The translations under genes were made by a program, and so were the position numbers. This document shows, piece by piece, positions 35,401-47,233 of a stretch of 64,000 nt of DNA (positions are counted from its first letter, which is position 1; every line of letters starts with the position of its first letter). The notes beneath the pieces were generated by a model. That model made no database searches. It had not been told where the DNA came from and saw nothing but the letters and a program-made list of their open reading frames with translations. Source of the stretch: Bugula neritina (lineage: Eukaryota; Animalia; Bryozoa); NCBI GenBank assembly GCA_964035545.1, contig OZ037766.1:16854722-16918721 (forward strand), given 5' to 3'.

Positions 35401-36614
35401 AAGAAAATTTGACACTAGTGTGCAACTTTTACCTAAAATCAGAACAGGTTCTTCTCCTATAATAGTTCATTGAGTGTGTGGGAAGACACCATGTTTTTGA
35501 TAGTATAACTTTAAAAACATTGATGCTGCTATGTGAAAACAATGATATGATGACTGCACTCTTGCACTTTTAGGTTCAGATTATTTAGTGCAGCAGTTAT
35601 ATTCACTAGGTATGTAGTATACAGCTTATAGAGACTGACTTGCATGGCTGCTAAAAGTTGGCCTGTTGGTTTTTGCAAAGTTTTTGACCTCCAGTTAGGG
35701 TAGAGTAATTAATAAACACATTCATGTAGAAGTAAAGTGATACTGCATGCAGAATATGGTTTGGTTAAATAAATGAACTAAGATGAAGGTTTATAGATAT
35801 CCCTGTAACTTGCAAGATATCAAAAATCCTTTCAACACACTGCTAAATTTTTCAAAATCCAAATTTCGCCCCTTAAAAAGCCCAAATTATATTATGATAA
35901 TAGTTCATACTCTGGTTGAAATTCGAGTTGCTTGCATCAGGCACATGGCCAAATTTATGGCTGCTAACCCATGGGTTTAGATATATAGTGTATTTGTAGA
36001 AATCAAAAATGTTTTACAACTAAAAACAATGATATCATTATGATGCTATAACATATAGATGGCTTGGTATAAGTACTTGTTCCTATACTTGTCATAATAG
36101 CCTATTGTATTTGCTCCAAAATAAACTACAACCTAATGATTGCTATGAGTTATAGTATTACTGTGCCGACTTCAGTTTGTTTAAATTTTTTTGCCAATAA
36201 TAATATTCTTTTCAGTTTCTTGAGTCAGCATTTTTTAATTTAAGTGTACGTTTTTACCTTCAAGATCTCCAGTCAAAAACTCTGTACATTCTCAAGTGGA
36301 GGTGTAAGCACACTTTCAGAATCAATAAGGTTTAGGTTTTTTGCAGGAAAAATAAGTGCGAAATAGCAAAATATCTTTATCTGAATAAAAATTATGTTGT
36401 TGCATACCATTGTAAATAATTATGTGTATTATTCAGTTGTTAGTACCGCTTTTAAACTGGCTTTGAACAAACATTGTGATAGTACGGTTGGTTTGATAAT
36501 ATTTATAGTAATGCGGAATGGAAAAGATACTGCTGTCTCTCTCTACAAGCATCTCATGAACCTGGTAAATATATATACTTTCCCTCTTTTAATTCTAGTA
36601 AAGCAATAAATAAA

Positions 36615-36696
<82 letters not shown>

Positions 36697-36822
36697 TATC
36701 TTTACGAGCTAGCAATTTGATTATAAATAGGTATACGAGAAACATTGTTATTTATTACTTTATTAGGTAAAGTAATTACACTGATATTTCGGGTACCACT
36801 GTACCCATCTTCAGAGTAGCAA

Positions 36823-36917
<95 letters not shown>

Positions 36918-39582
36918 GATATAGATCGCATGAGTAATTTTTTCTCAACTCCTACACTTGTTCGTATTATTTACTTGAATACAATAGCTGTGCTATTCAA
37001 GTAATCAGCCATGCAGTATTAACTATTGCATGAGTGCTTGCTTGTGTAATAAGTCACTTCTCTACTTACTACTAGCAAGTATTACAGGATTACAAACTGT
37101 TCCCAAACATGGAGTACTTTTAACCGGTATAATGAGTAGACAACCACATGCTACCAGTATAAACTGCTGCAACTTCTCTAATTTATTCCTTGGAAATAGT
37201 AACTTATGAAATTATTCCTGAAAATATTGCATATACATTGAACTATAACTTACACCTATATTTTCCAAAGCCATATTTTCGAAAAAGCTCTGAGTTCTTG
37301 TAGTCGACATTTATTTTTGTTAGCAATTAGAGAATTATTTGCGTAAATGTACTGTCATGATACAACAAGAAATCCGATGGCAGGCAATTTAATTTTAGCT
37401 CTCAAATTCTAATTGGTCTGTAATAAGAAATAATGACCACTAAACATATTTTGGTTTGCAAATAATTTGCAAGTGTATAAACTATAATGTTCTGCAATTG
37501 AACTTGGCAAACAGAAAGTATAAATTCCCATGCATAAAGTTCTAAGTATACACCATATTGTGTACTTTGAACTTTATGGGAATGCGCTAGATTGAGATTT
37601 TTGTCCTACTTACCAGCTACAAATTTCTACATGTATATAGCCCGTATAACACAAAAATCTTAGTATAAAAGTTTAAATCTGATAGATTTTGCTAACTAAA
37701 TATTTTATAATAGCAGATTAACTGGAATTTCGAATGATATTTTATATACAGGATGGTGGATTTCATATAACTTTCACCTTCTGCAGTGAATAAACAATAC
37801 AATAGTGTAATTCAACACCATTGTTCTACACAATTAATTAAACTATATATATTATGTGGGTATATATTTATTGTAAAGTAAAATAATGTTGATGAAACTT
37901 GATGATATATGACTTATATAGACAAGAAATTTGAACTCCCAGAACTCAGTACTAAAACAAGTTACAAGAATGACTTTTAGTGACTTCCTGAAGGAGCACC
38001 TACTAGATAAAGATCAGTACTATGGCACTCACTTTGACTACATAGAGTATATGTGGTCTCTCAAAGATGATCCTAATGTTTTAATTATTTTCTATGAAGA
38101 TTTAATTACGGTGAGATATTGTTTATATTCCATCGAACTTATTTCAATAAGCAAATATTAATCTTTGAATATATTATAGCTGTATTGTCATATAGATTAT
38201 AGTATATCCTCTTACGTATATTAAACTTTTATTATTTCTTCACAGTTATCGTAAAGATTAAACTGATTTCTAGACAAATAGTAATTAAAATAAATTTCCC
38301 ATAATTTTAGAACTCCAGAAACATTTTAGATTTTACTGATTTAAAACATAGCAATGAGACTGCCAAGGGGTTGATTTTTGTGATGTTTCAGAACACCATT
38401 CTTTCTATACAAAAAATAAATAAGTTTATGGAAACTGGAAGAAGTGATGAGCTGATTGAACAGATAGCTGATGCCATAAATATAGATAAAATGAGAGAGG
38501 GAAAAGCTACTAGCATGGACGACGCAACAGAAAGAATGGGGATTGTAAGTAAGATTCTAAGTTAATTGCTGTCTGACATGATTACTATATCAGGAGCAAC
38601 ACGTTAGTTAGTTTTTGATTACAAAGCATATGCTGAGCTGTTGCTAAGAAAAACGACTCATAAATAGTGCATAGAATACCTACAGGTAAAAATAAAATTA
38701 TTCTGAATGACAGCTTTGCAAATAGATTAAATAAATTTGTGTACAGTTTATTTTAAATTTAAAATTTACTTTTGACATAAACAAGTAAACAACCTTTACA
38801 AAATTCAGGACAGTAGCTACAAAATTGTTCAGTTTTAAGCTAAAAGTTTGAAATGTATCAAAATATTAGTTTTGGCAGAGAAAAATTATGCAAAATTGAA
38901 CAAGATTTTTCCTTATTTTTAAGCACAAATAATTTATTTTAAAAGTCTTCAAGTAGTTTAAGTTGTGGATTTTTGAGTATCAACACAACAAAATAAGTTT
39001 AAAGTTTTTTTTTTAAGAAAATTAATTTCAAATCTTGTTTTTGTATTTGATTGAAATGTTTTTCATATTTTAGTACCGAAATGCTAAAAAAGAATCTGCA
39101 AAACATGTTTATCGGAAAGGTAAGAGTTGCTGCCGATTTGAATGGAAGCAAATTTTCTTATAAACTTTCAATCTGTTTAGCTTCTTCAGTCATCTTTCCG
39201 CGTCTAAAACAAATATTTATTAATACATACAATTTATATATTTCTGGTGTTAGAAATTATTAAAATATCAAAAAACTCTCTTAAATTTGGATATGATGTA
39301 AATAAATCTTTGTCATACTAGTAATTTTCTTTGTTGAAACCTGAAGCTATTGCAGTTTCAACTGAATAAATCAGCTATAAGTTATAGATGCAGCAAATTT
39401 TAACAATAGCTTTTTTAAGTATAAATTATGTAAAAAACATACTAATTGATTTTTTGCTTTTATATGCAGGCACGGTAGGAGATTGGAAGAATTATTTTAC
39501 GGTAGCTGATGATGAGTTCTTTGATTCAATATTAGCCAAGTGGTCAGGAGGAAAGGACATCCCATTCAGATACACACTTTAG
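32455..39582 (+). CDS. Cytosolic sulfotransferase, paralog B (310 aa, 7 coding exons)
   Basis: Exons 32455-32629, 34125-34325, 36509-36564, 37922-38110, 38392-38544, 39074-39119 and 39470-39582 give 933 nt in frame. Exons 2-7 have the same lengths as in paralog A. Motifs SYPKNGAHI, PKVINTHY, RNGKDTAVSLYKH and YRKGTVGDWKNYFTVADDE. Confidence 0.95.
34699..34860 (-). mobile_element. Solo LTR of the decayed Gypsy family at 52380-53065
   Basis: TG...CA ends; colinear with 52902-53065 (TTATTAGGTTGAATG; TTTATATAGATACAATAAGTG.GAGGAGCTTATAATATAAGCAA). No convincing TSD. Confidence 0.72.
34861..35700 (-). mobile_element. Decayed hAT (Buster/Charlie-type) transposon remnant
   Basis: Terminus-like GTTCCCAACCTTTTT at 34861. 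Minus-strand peptides VLLPSSTTYLCEVGFST..KRNCLNLQSDLR..HQLQP (~35080-35250) and LNNLNLKVQ (~35560-35590) match Buster LLPFxTTYLCExGFS and LNxLNLKLQ. Confidence 0.7.
35273..35440. mobile_element. Small TIR element (GGTAAAAATGGCACA family), copy 1
   Basis: GATTTTAGGTAAAAATGGCACA ... TGTGCAACTTTTACCTAAAATC; related to 40743-41020. Confidence 0.7.
36692..36826 (-). mobile_element. Penelope-like pLTR 3' fragment inserted in (TA)n
   Basis: Homologous to the arms at 44143-44260 and 44310-44460; (TA)n on both sides (36618-36692 and 36827-36914). Confidence 0.8.
36779..36818 (-). ncRNA. Minimal type I hammerhead ribozyme motif
   Basis: Minus strand reads TACT-CTGAAGA-T-GGGTAC-AGTG-GTACCC-GAAA-TA-T-C-AGTG: CUGANGA and GAAA cores, 6-bp stem II, palindromic ATAT stem III, UH site. 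Confidence 0.7.
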
Positions 39583-40742
39583 TAGTGAATTACATATTTG
39601 TTAGACACTCAATTCATATGAAAAATCTACACACAATATTGTGTATAATAACTCAAAGATCCTGCATCTACTCACAATTCTTAAATAGTTATTTTCTGTG
39701 ACATCAGTATTATAATATTATTATTAATAAAAAGCATATAGTTCCATTATATAAAAGGTATTTCCTGTCGGTCTTAAAACCAGTATATTGAAGTCATCTT
39801 GCTAGATTCAAATTTATCCATTTAGTGGTGCATAACTTTAATTGAATAAATATAGTAATCTCTGTCTTTACCTGCATATAGGTGTGGTTATCTTTGCTTG
39901 TAATTGACATTTAGCTACGGACAACCTTGATATTAAACATATTTTTTCACAAAAATAGCACAACCTAATATGAGCATGAAATGGTGAGTTATCTTTCTTG
40001 GAGTGTTTATACACACACACGCACTCGCGCACACTGCATGCACCTTCCTCCTAATATAACTATGGCTTGTATACATATATATCAGTTTGTAACTAAAATT
40101 AAAAATTCTTTACTGCTTTCCTGAATGCATATGTTTATACTCGGAACGAGGGTTTATGCAGCTATAGTACTATATGTAACACCCAAATATTTGCCCAACC
40201 AATGTACTACAGTTTGTGTCAGTAGAGTGATATAGGAGTCTACAGGAACTTATAATGAAACGAATCACGATAGCTGAGGTTTTGAACTTTTGAAACTCAG
40301 TGAAGCTTTAATTTATAAAACTGAATTAATTAAAAAGTAGCTTTACTTAAAAAAGTAGCAAAATAAAAGTTATCTTCAAGTCTTCTTCAAAAAAAAAACT
40401 GTTTATAAACGCTCTAGGGCTTCCGTTAAAACCATTCAGCAGTCTTATTTACAAATGTATAAACTATTTTAGGAACCCATCTGGTGTGGGAAATAATGAC
40501 AATGTTGCTAAAAGGCACTCCAATAGCATAAGCAAAGTTGGCTGCATGATAGATTTCTGCCCTGTGAATAGAGCTGACAAGGAATTCCCTTCTCCTAGAG
40601 TGTTGAACACACATTACAGAACAGATGTACAAATTTCCAGCAGAGTTCAGAAAAGGAAAAACTGTTGTTGGTATGTTGAACACAAACGCAAAAAAATACC
40701 TATATATAAACATCCAATTGATGCAGCTGCATGTAGCTACAA

Positions 40743-41020
40743 GATTTCAAATAAAAATGGCACAAGTAATAATGGCACAAATGGAAAATAGGTAAAATGG
40801 CAAGCTAATGTTAAATTTTGCTAAACCTCAAACCCAAACCCCTAACCCTTAAACCCCAAGCCCAAACTTAGACCCCCATTCTTAAACTCCCCGTTCTAAA
40901 CCCTCAACCCACTCCAAAACATAATATTGAAAATGTGCCATTTTTTACCTACTTTGCCACTTGTGCCATTATTACCTGTGTCATTATTACCTGTGCCAGT
41001 TTTACTGTGCCATTTTTACC
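40743..41020. mobile_element. Small TIR element (GGTAAAAATGGCACA family), copy 2
   Basis: TAAAAATGGCACA ... TGTGCCATTTTTACC with tandem subterminal TGTGCCATTATTACC units and a CCCTAA/CCCAAA-rich core; absent from the homologous intron of paralog A. Confidence 0.75.
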
Positions 41021-42756
41021 AGACAACATAGCTGCAGTTAGTAGGTTTAATTACCTCAAATAGGTTAGAATTCTGTATTGTAAATCTGCAAGATTCATTG
41101 TGTGTAAATTGGTAATAATATCTTATGTAACTAGTAGAAGACAAAAGCACACTAACCTGCTCACTGTGTACTTTGCATTTTTAGCCAAGATCTTTTATTT
41201 CAAATCTTTATTTACTGTCAAAATTTCTTCTTAAAGCAGACAACTAACTTTATATTTGTGCGGGGAATTTTATATACATAACTAAAACTTATTAATATAT
41301 ATAATATATAATATATACTGTAAAAGTGTTTTGTCTGATGAAATGCTGAAAAATAATTATTGGAGGGTCTGAAACCAAAAACTGCGTTTGTGGGCATAGG
41401 TTTAGAAAAAAATTATTGTCAGTACCTAATCTAAAGACCAGAACTATACATGAAAATCAGTCATATGTTGCTGTTTTTGCTCAATAAAACTAAATGCATA
41501 AATATTTTACTAGCTAAAATAGAGCCAACGCTTTGTTTGTAAGTTGCAAGTTGAATGGCACCCTGTGAGAAAGTTGAACCAGTGCCAATTATCTTATATG
41601 ATATAAACTGTTAAAATGATTTAGCAAACTGAAAAATGATTTATTAGAAATTAATTATAAAACACATGAAAAACAAGAATAAATTGGCGTAAGCAATTGA
41701 CAGAAACACTTGATGTGATTTGTCATTGTACACATTTGACATTTCAAAGATATAGGCAATGAAGACGCTTTAAAATCCAATCAGTATTCACAAACCGGTA
41801 GACAAGTTTTCAAAAGTTTCTTTTGTAATTCATCCTTCAAAAAAAAGTTACAAATATATAGTGGGTCCTCTCATATGACATCAGAAAATACATGGTATGA
41901 CTGAGCATAATTACCAACTTTCTTAGAGGACTGTTTGAAGGCTCTCAACAATGGCAGATAATTTTTGTTACTGCCTTGCTTTACAATATTCATTAATGCT
42001 GTAGTTAAGCTTTGCTTATCTGTTCTCTGTATGTAATTTTTCTGAAAACATATGCAAAAGAGTTTAATTACACTGAGTTGACCTACAGTTCCATTTAGTC
42101 TAGGACCGAATGTAAGTTTTTATTTATATATTGACTGCAGAAGATATTAAACTAAGAAAAAGATACACTAAGATGTAAAATATGTTGTGGCATGTTGCTG
42201 GCATGTGACAAGAATAACTGTTGACATCAACCATACTGCACAACAGTAAACTATAATACCTAACCCAGCAACTATACATACTATGAGAAATTTTCAAAAA
42301 GTAGCAATGATGTATTGCTAACATTATAATTTGAGTTAAAATAACCCAAGTATGATAATTATCCCAACACTACTTATTAAACATTGAAGCTGCTATTTTC
42401 TGCTTTTGCTAAAAGTATAGGCGTGGATTAATAATGACAAATTTTATTCAGTTCACCTTCTTTCTAGTAACTGTATAGAATCAATTGATTTTAGAGTAAG
42501 CGTTAGGACTGGTAGCCAATTGCTTGCTCAAACTTTTCAGAAGCACTCATTAGTGATATCAGTCAATGTTTTTCATGGCATAGGTTCCCATGGTGCTTGT
42601 GCCACTGCACCATGCAATGTGCCATATATCTTTTCAGCTCTACTATGTGAGAATTTGTTGTTGTTAAAAATAGTATGTAACATAGATATAACATTCATCA
42701 CTTGTATAAGTAGTTTATTTTAGCTATAAAAAAAACACTCCCGCAAGTTTATAATA

Positions 42757-42963
42757 TAATAGTTGCTATCCCTGTGAGAAACCCCTGATGGAAAGAGTTT
42801 TTGTAAGAACGGGCTAAGGAATTGTTCAGATGATGCACCGGAGCAATTATGACTGGATGCTCTTCTTAACATCATCAATGGCCTTTGTTGGGTTCGAACC
42901 AATGACTTTTTGTTCGCTTTGCAAACGCTCTAAAGTCTAACCCCTATAGACCACGGCTGCTCC
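42757..42963 (-). mobile_element. tRNA-derived SINE
   Basis: Minus strand has A-box-like TGGTCTATAGGGGTTAG and B-box GGTTCGAACCC; body shared with 28600-28796. Confidence 0.8.
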
Positions 42964-43413
42964 ATTTTAGCTATGAGCTGACACAATAATATTGTAAAAT
43001 AAGAGGTATTTCATTTTACCTAATTTATGGAAAATGTTCCAAGTGCTATAACACCAAATTTGTTGATTCTGATAATGGTGATGGATTTAATTGTTGGTTT
43101 TTAACTTGTATACGTATATATATAAAATATGTAAAATATATTGTAATACTAGTTATCAAATAGTGCTCAGAATCTTCTAGGAAAATTGAGCTAGATACTA
43201 TAATTATATAGGTTACAATTGACTAAGATTTTTATTTTAAAATCAATTATATCACCTACAAATTTGTTTCATAGCATGAAAACTTCTGCCACTCGTCAGG
43301 GTGATGTATAAAAAATGAAACAACAGTATTGGGATATAAAAAATATGGATTTAAAATATAGAGCTAACGTATTAAAAGTGCAATAGGCATTATCATAAAA
43401 CAAAGCTCATGTA

Positions 43414-43880
43414 TTAGAACCGGTTCAAGTAAAATTTAGAGCTATGCCTGCACGTTGATGTTAGCTCAGATCTTTCATTTAATGTGCATAGGCTGGGTTT
43501 ACGTATAATGTAAAACTTCTTTAAAATACATGGCTCGCAATGTTTTGAGTTCGGGTTATAGCTGGGTGAATGGCTAATGATTTTCTATTTGATCGTGTAG
43601 TTGGTGCCTTTGTCTTTCACGTACCATAATATGTGCTTGCTTAACTCTGTGGAATTTTTGTATCTTTTGTGTTTAAAAGGGCAGGTATGGTTGTATAGGC
43701 ACTTTTTAAAGTCGGTTTCACATAATCCGATGTATGTGTTGGAGCTACTTGGTGATGTAACGGTGGCCTGGTAGATGATATTGGAAAGTAAGCACTTGCT
43801 ATTGAGTGAGCAGTTTGATTTCCTTTTACAGTTGCAGGTTCTCTTGGTGCTACTGGTGGTTGTTAGACAGCTTGCCGTTT
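43414..43880 (-). mobile_element. Penelope-like element GIY-YIG endonuclease remnant (Naiad-type), 5' truncated
   Basis: CNCKRKSNCSLNSKC..IIYQATV..YIGLCETDFKK..NH..ELSKH, a premature TAG at 43585-87, then KIISHSPSYNPNSKHCEPC..LNERSELTSTCRH* to 43414. The CxC-x5-C motif before GIY-YIG and the C-terminal CRH are recalled Naiad features. Confidence 0.82.
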
Positions 43881-44110
43881 GCGTAGTGTTTGTGTTACAA
43901 TCACCCACTTGCACAACTTGTTGTTGTTAGTATTGTTGTTTACTATAACTTGTTTGTAACAACAGGATATTGCAACAAAAAGTACCGCTCCTTCATATTG
44001 TTTCATAATAATGTATGATTGTACACCACCTATATACAAATGGTTTAGTTTATAGAATAAAACAGTTTTATGTTATAACAGTACTGTTATAACAGTTTTA
44101 TGTTATACAG

Positions 44111-44146
<36 letters not shown>

Positions 44147-44183
44147 TAAGTATACGAGAAACATTGTTGATTTATTACTTTAT

Positions 44184-44223
44184 TACTGATATTTCGGGCA
44201 CCACTGTGCCCATCTTCAGAGTA
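44184..44223 (-). ncRNA. Minimal type I hammerhead ribozyme motif
   Basis: Minus strand reads TACT-CTGAAGA-T-GGGCAC-AGTG-GTGCCC-GAAA-TA-T-C-AGTA. Confidence 0.72.
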
Positions 44224-44346
44224 GCAATGAATGGTCGAAATTCAAAAATTATCACGTTACAATAACGTACTGCCACTCTCTATTCTTTGTGTCATGCATA
44301 GTGGTTAACGTAACGTGATGATTTTTGAATTTCGACCATTCATTGC

Positions 44347-44386
44347 TACTCTGAAGATGGGCACAGTGGTGCCCGAAATATTAGTA
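44347..44386 (+). ncRNA. Minimal type I hammerhead ribozyme motif
   Basis: TACT-CTGAAGA-T-GGGCAC-AGTG-GTGCCC-GAAA-TA-T-T-AGTA. Confidence 0.68.
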
Positions 44387-44458
44387 ATAAAATAATAAAT
44401 CAACAATGTTTCTCATATACTTATTTATTATTAAATTACTAGCTCGTAAAGATATATT

Positions 44459-44578
<120 letters not shown>

Positions 44579-47233
44579 GTTGATTATAATCATATTACTT
44601 ACATGGAAATTAATGGAAGTATATAATATAGAATAAAGCTGAAGCTATTACACTTGACAATTTTGTCTCATATCACAACTTCCTTTTCCAGAATGCATTT
44701 CCAACGATACAGAAAATCAATGAATTTATGGGAACCAACAGAGGTGATGAACTAATCCATCAAATAGCTGCTGCCGCAGATATAGACAAAATGAGGAAAG
44801 GAAAAGCTAGCAGTATGGATGGTCTTGGAGAGAAGTTTGGAGTTGTGCATTCTTATAACTGCCCTGCAATAACAAGCACATTATATAGTTTAAAGTGCAT
44901 ATATTCGCTAATTTACTTAAATACTTTTAACAAATGTTTGTTTATATACTATTTCTTTTCAACTTTACTGCTTTGTTTTGCTATTTACAGTTCATAGATG
45001 CTAAAAAAGGAGTTGCGTCTGGAGTGTTCAGAAAAGGTTTGAACTGTATTTCAACGGTTTTTATTTCATTTGTCTAAAAAACAGCTTTTGTGATATACAA
45101 TATAGTTTTATCACTATGCATCTTAAATGTGAAAAGTTATAATTAAAAGCATTTTTTTAAATAATTTTAGAGCACACTTTTGCATAATCAACATTTGTTG
45201 ACAAACTGTTCGCTGCATGAAATAATTCAATTTGCCATTATCTTCATGATATTGAGTACACTTTCTCTGGTTCAAAAGAATATATGCATGCAAGTCTAAA
45301 TTTTTATTACCACATATATTTTATAATTTAATTATTCTTTAAATATGGGAGTATTTTATCTCTGCGAGGTTCGACTATCAACAAGTAGTATATACACAAT
45401 TTATTTCCTCAATTACGAAGTCAATATAAAACGGTAATGGTTGCCTTTTATTACTTTAATTTACAGGTAAGGTTGGAGATTGCTGCTGCAAAGAGCAGTT
45501 TGACAAGGTATTCAATGCATGGGCCGCAGGAAAAAATTTGCCTCCCTTTATTTATTCATAATTACTGTAATCTTCAAACAAAGCTATTTGAGAAAATTAT
45601 AGACATTCAAACATTCTATGCAAAACTCCACAGAAAATAAACTAATGATGATCCTGTGAATATAAAGTAGTAATTAGTAATGACTTTTAAAAAGTTTTCT
45701 ATTTAGCAAGTTGTTTATTAGAGTGTGTAAAATGCTAAAAACAAATTTTTTTTCGCAACAAAAATTTATTTCTTGTAATACTAATTATACTTATGTAGGG
45801 TATGTTATATACGAACTATATTTAAAACATGCTGCATTTCTATATATAGAATAAAACTATTACAATATTCTTTTCTATGCACAAATATTTTTATAATATA
45901 ATATATTTGTCCAGTGTTACATGTTTATGAACTCAGTTGGTAATTCTGTGCTTTTGAAGATCTTTAGTGGAAAACGGATATCAAAGTTTGGCAATACACT
46001 AAAAATCTTTTATTTTCTTCTTATAGTCTTATATAAGTAGAATTCCAAGGAAAAATAGCGAAATGTCCTCTTGCGTAATCAAATATTTAATTTATCATTT
46101 TATTTCAGAGTACAATTTTAATCTCCTTTTAGAGCAAGATAAACTAAATAAAAAATATTAATATTAGATTAACAATTTAACTGTCAATTTTTAAAATAAA
46201 CCATAAATATCAACATTTGTGTGCTTTATCTGCACAAGGTTATGGTTGCAGTGCGTACAGTACAGCGCACACACATATACATGCACACACAAATATATAC
46301 ATGTTTATATAAAACCAGAATTTAGCAGACATTTTTGTTCAAATTGCACTATAAACTTTCTAAATAGTATTGTATTACTACCAGAGCCAGATGATGCAAG
46401 TACACCAAATAACTACAGCACTTTTGAAAGGATCATGTGCAGGTAATTGTCAAGGCGATCATTACTTGCACATGAAAAAGATTATATCATGAATATATAG
46501 TTGAAGTCTGTACTAGCCTTAAGACACTAGGTTAGACTCTAATGAACTAAAATTATTACCGCTTCTAGGCTTTAGATTGCCGGTTTGAATAAAATCAAGC
46601 AACAATGCGGCTGAAACTTTGCATGTGTACCACATGCTAGTGCAATTCAAATACTAATTATTAGCAAAGTTATTATATTTTATGTAAAATTACAAAAAGA
46701 CATATAATCAGGAAATTGCACAAATCTTAGAATAATATTTCGCCTTGTCTGAATTAATTATTGCAAAAATTTATAGGGTATGAAACATATAAATAACAGT
46801 ACAGAATTAAAGTGATAATCAAGCGCCATTTTTTAAACAATCAAATGATAAAATTTATATAAACTGACGGCACCTTCAGACAATACATTTAAAATTCCAT
46901 TTTAAACCTGCAGTGAAAGTTGGTGCCATTGTGGGTGCAGTGATCCTCATAAAGAATACCTACTACAAATGAACATGAAATCTAAGCTAACCAATATTCT
47001 AAGTATATTTATCGGTGATGTTCTCTTATACCTACAACTACAGGCTAGTTAACAATACACATAATGCCGGCAAAGCAGGTTTCCTTTAAAAATTATTAAA
47101 AACATTAAAAATATATTGGTAAACTGTTGCCAATAATCTATTCTTGAAGGCAACATATAAAATCTCCATAAAAGTTGCCAAGTGACTGATAGAATCAAAG
47201 CTAGGAATGATTAGGAGAAAATCTGCCAGTAAA

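Noticed and set aside
39979-39995. AAATG|GTGAGT as the exon 1 remnant of pseudogene C
   Set aside because: Resembles the exon 1 donor of B, but upstream sequence shows no SULT coding similarity.
43414-43880. Selenocysteine-encoding Naiad element
   Set aside because: No in-frame TGA at conserved Cys positions; the only internal stop is TAG at a Trp position.
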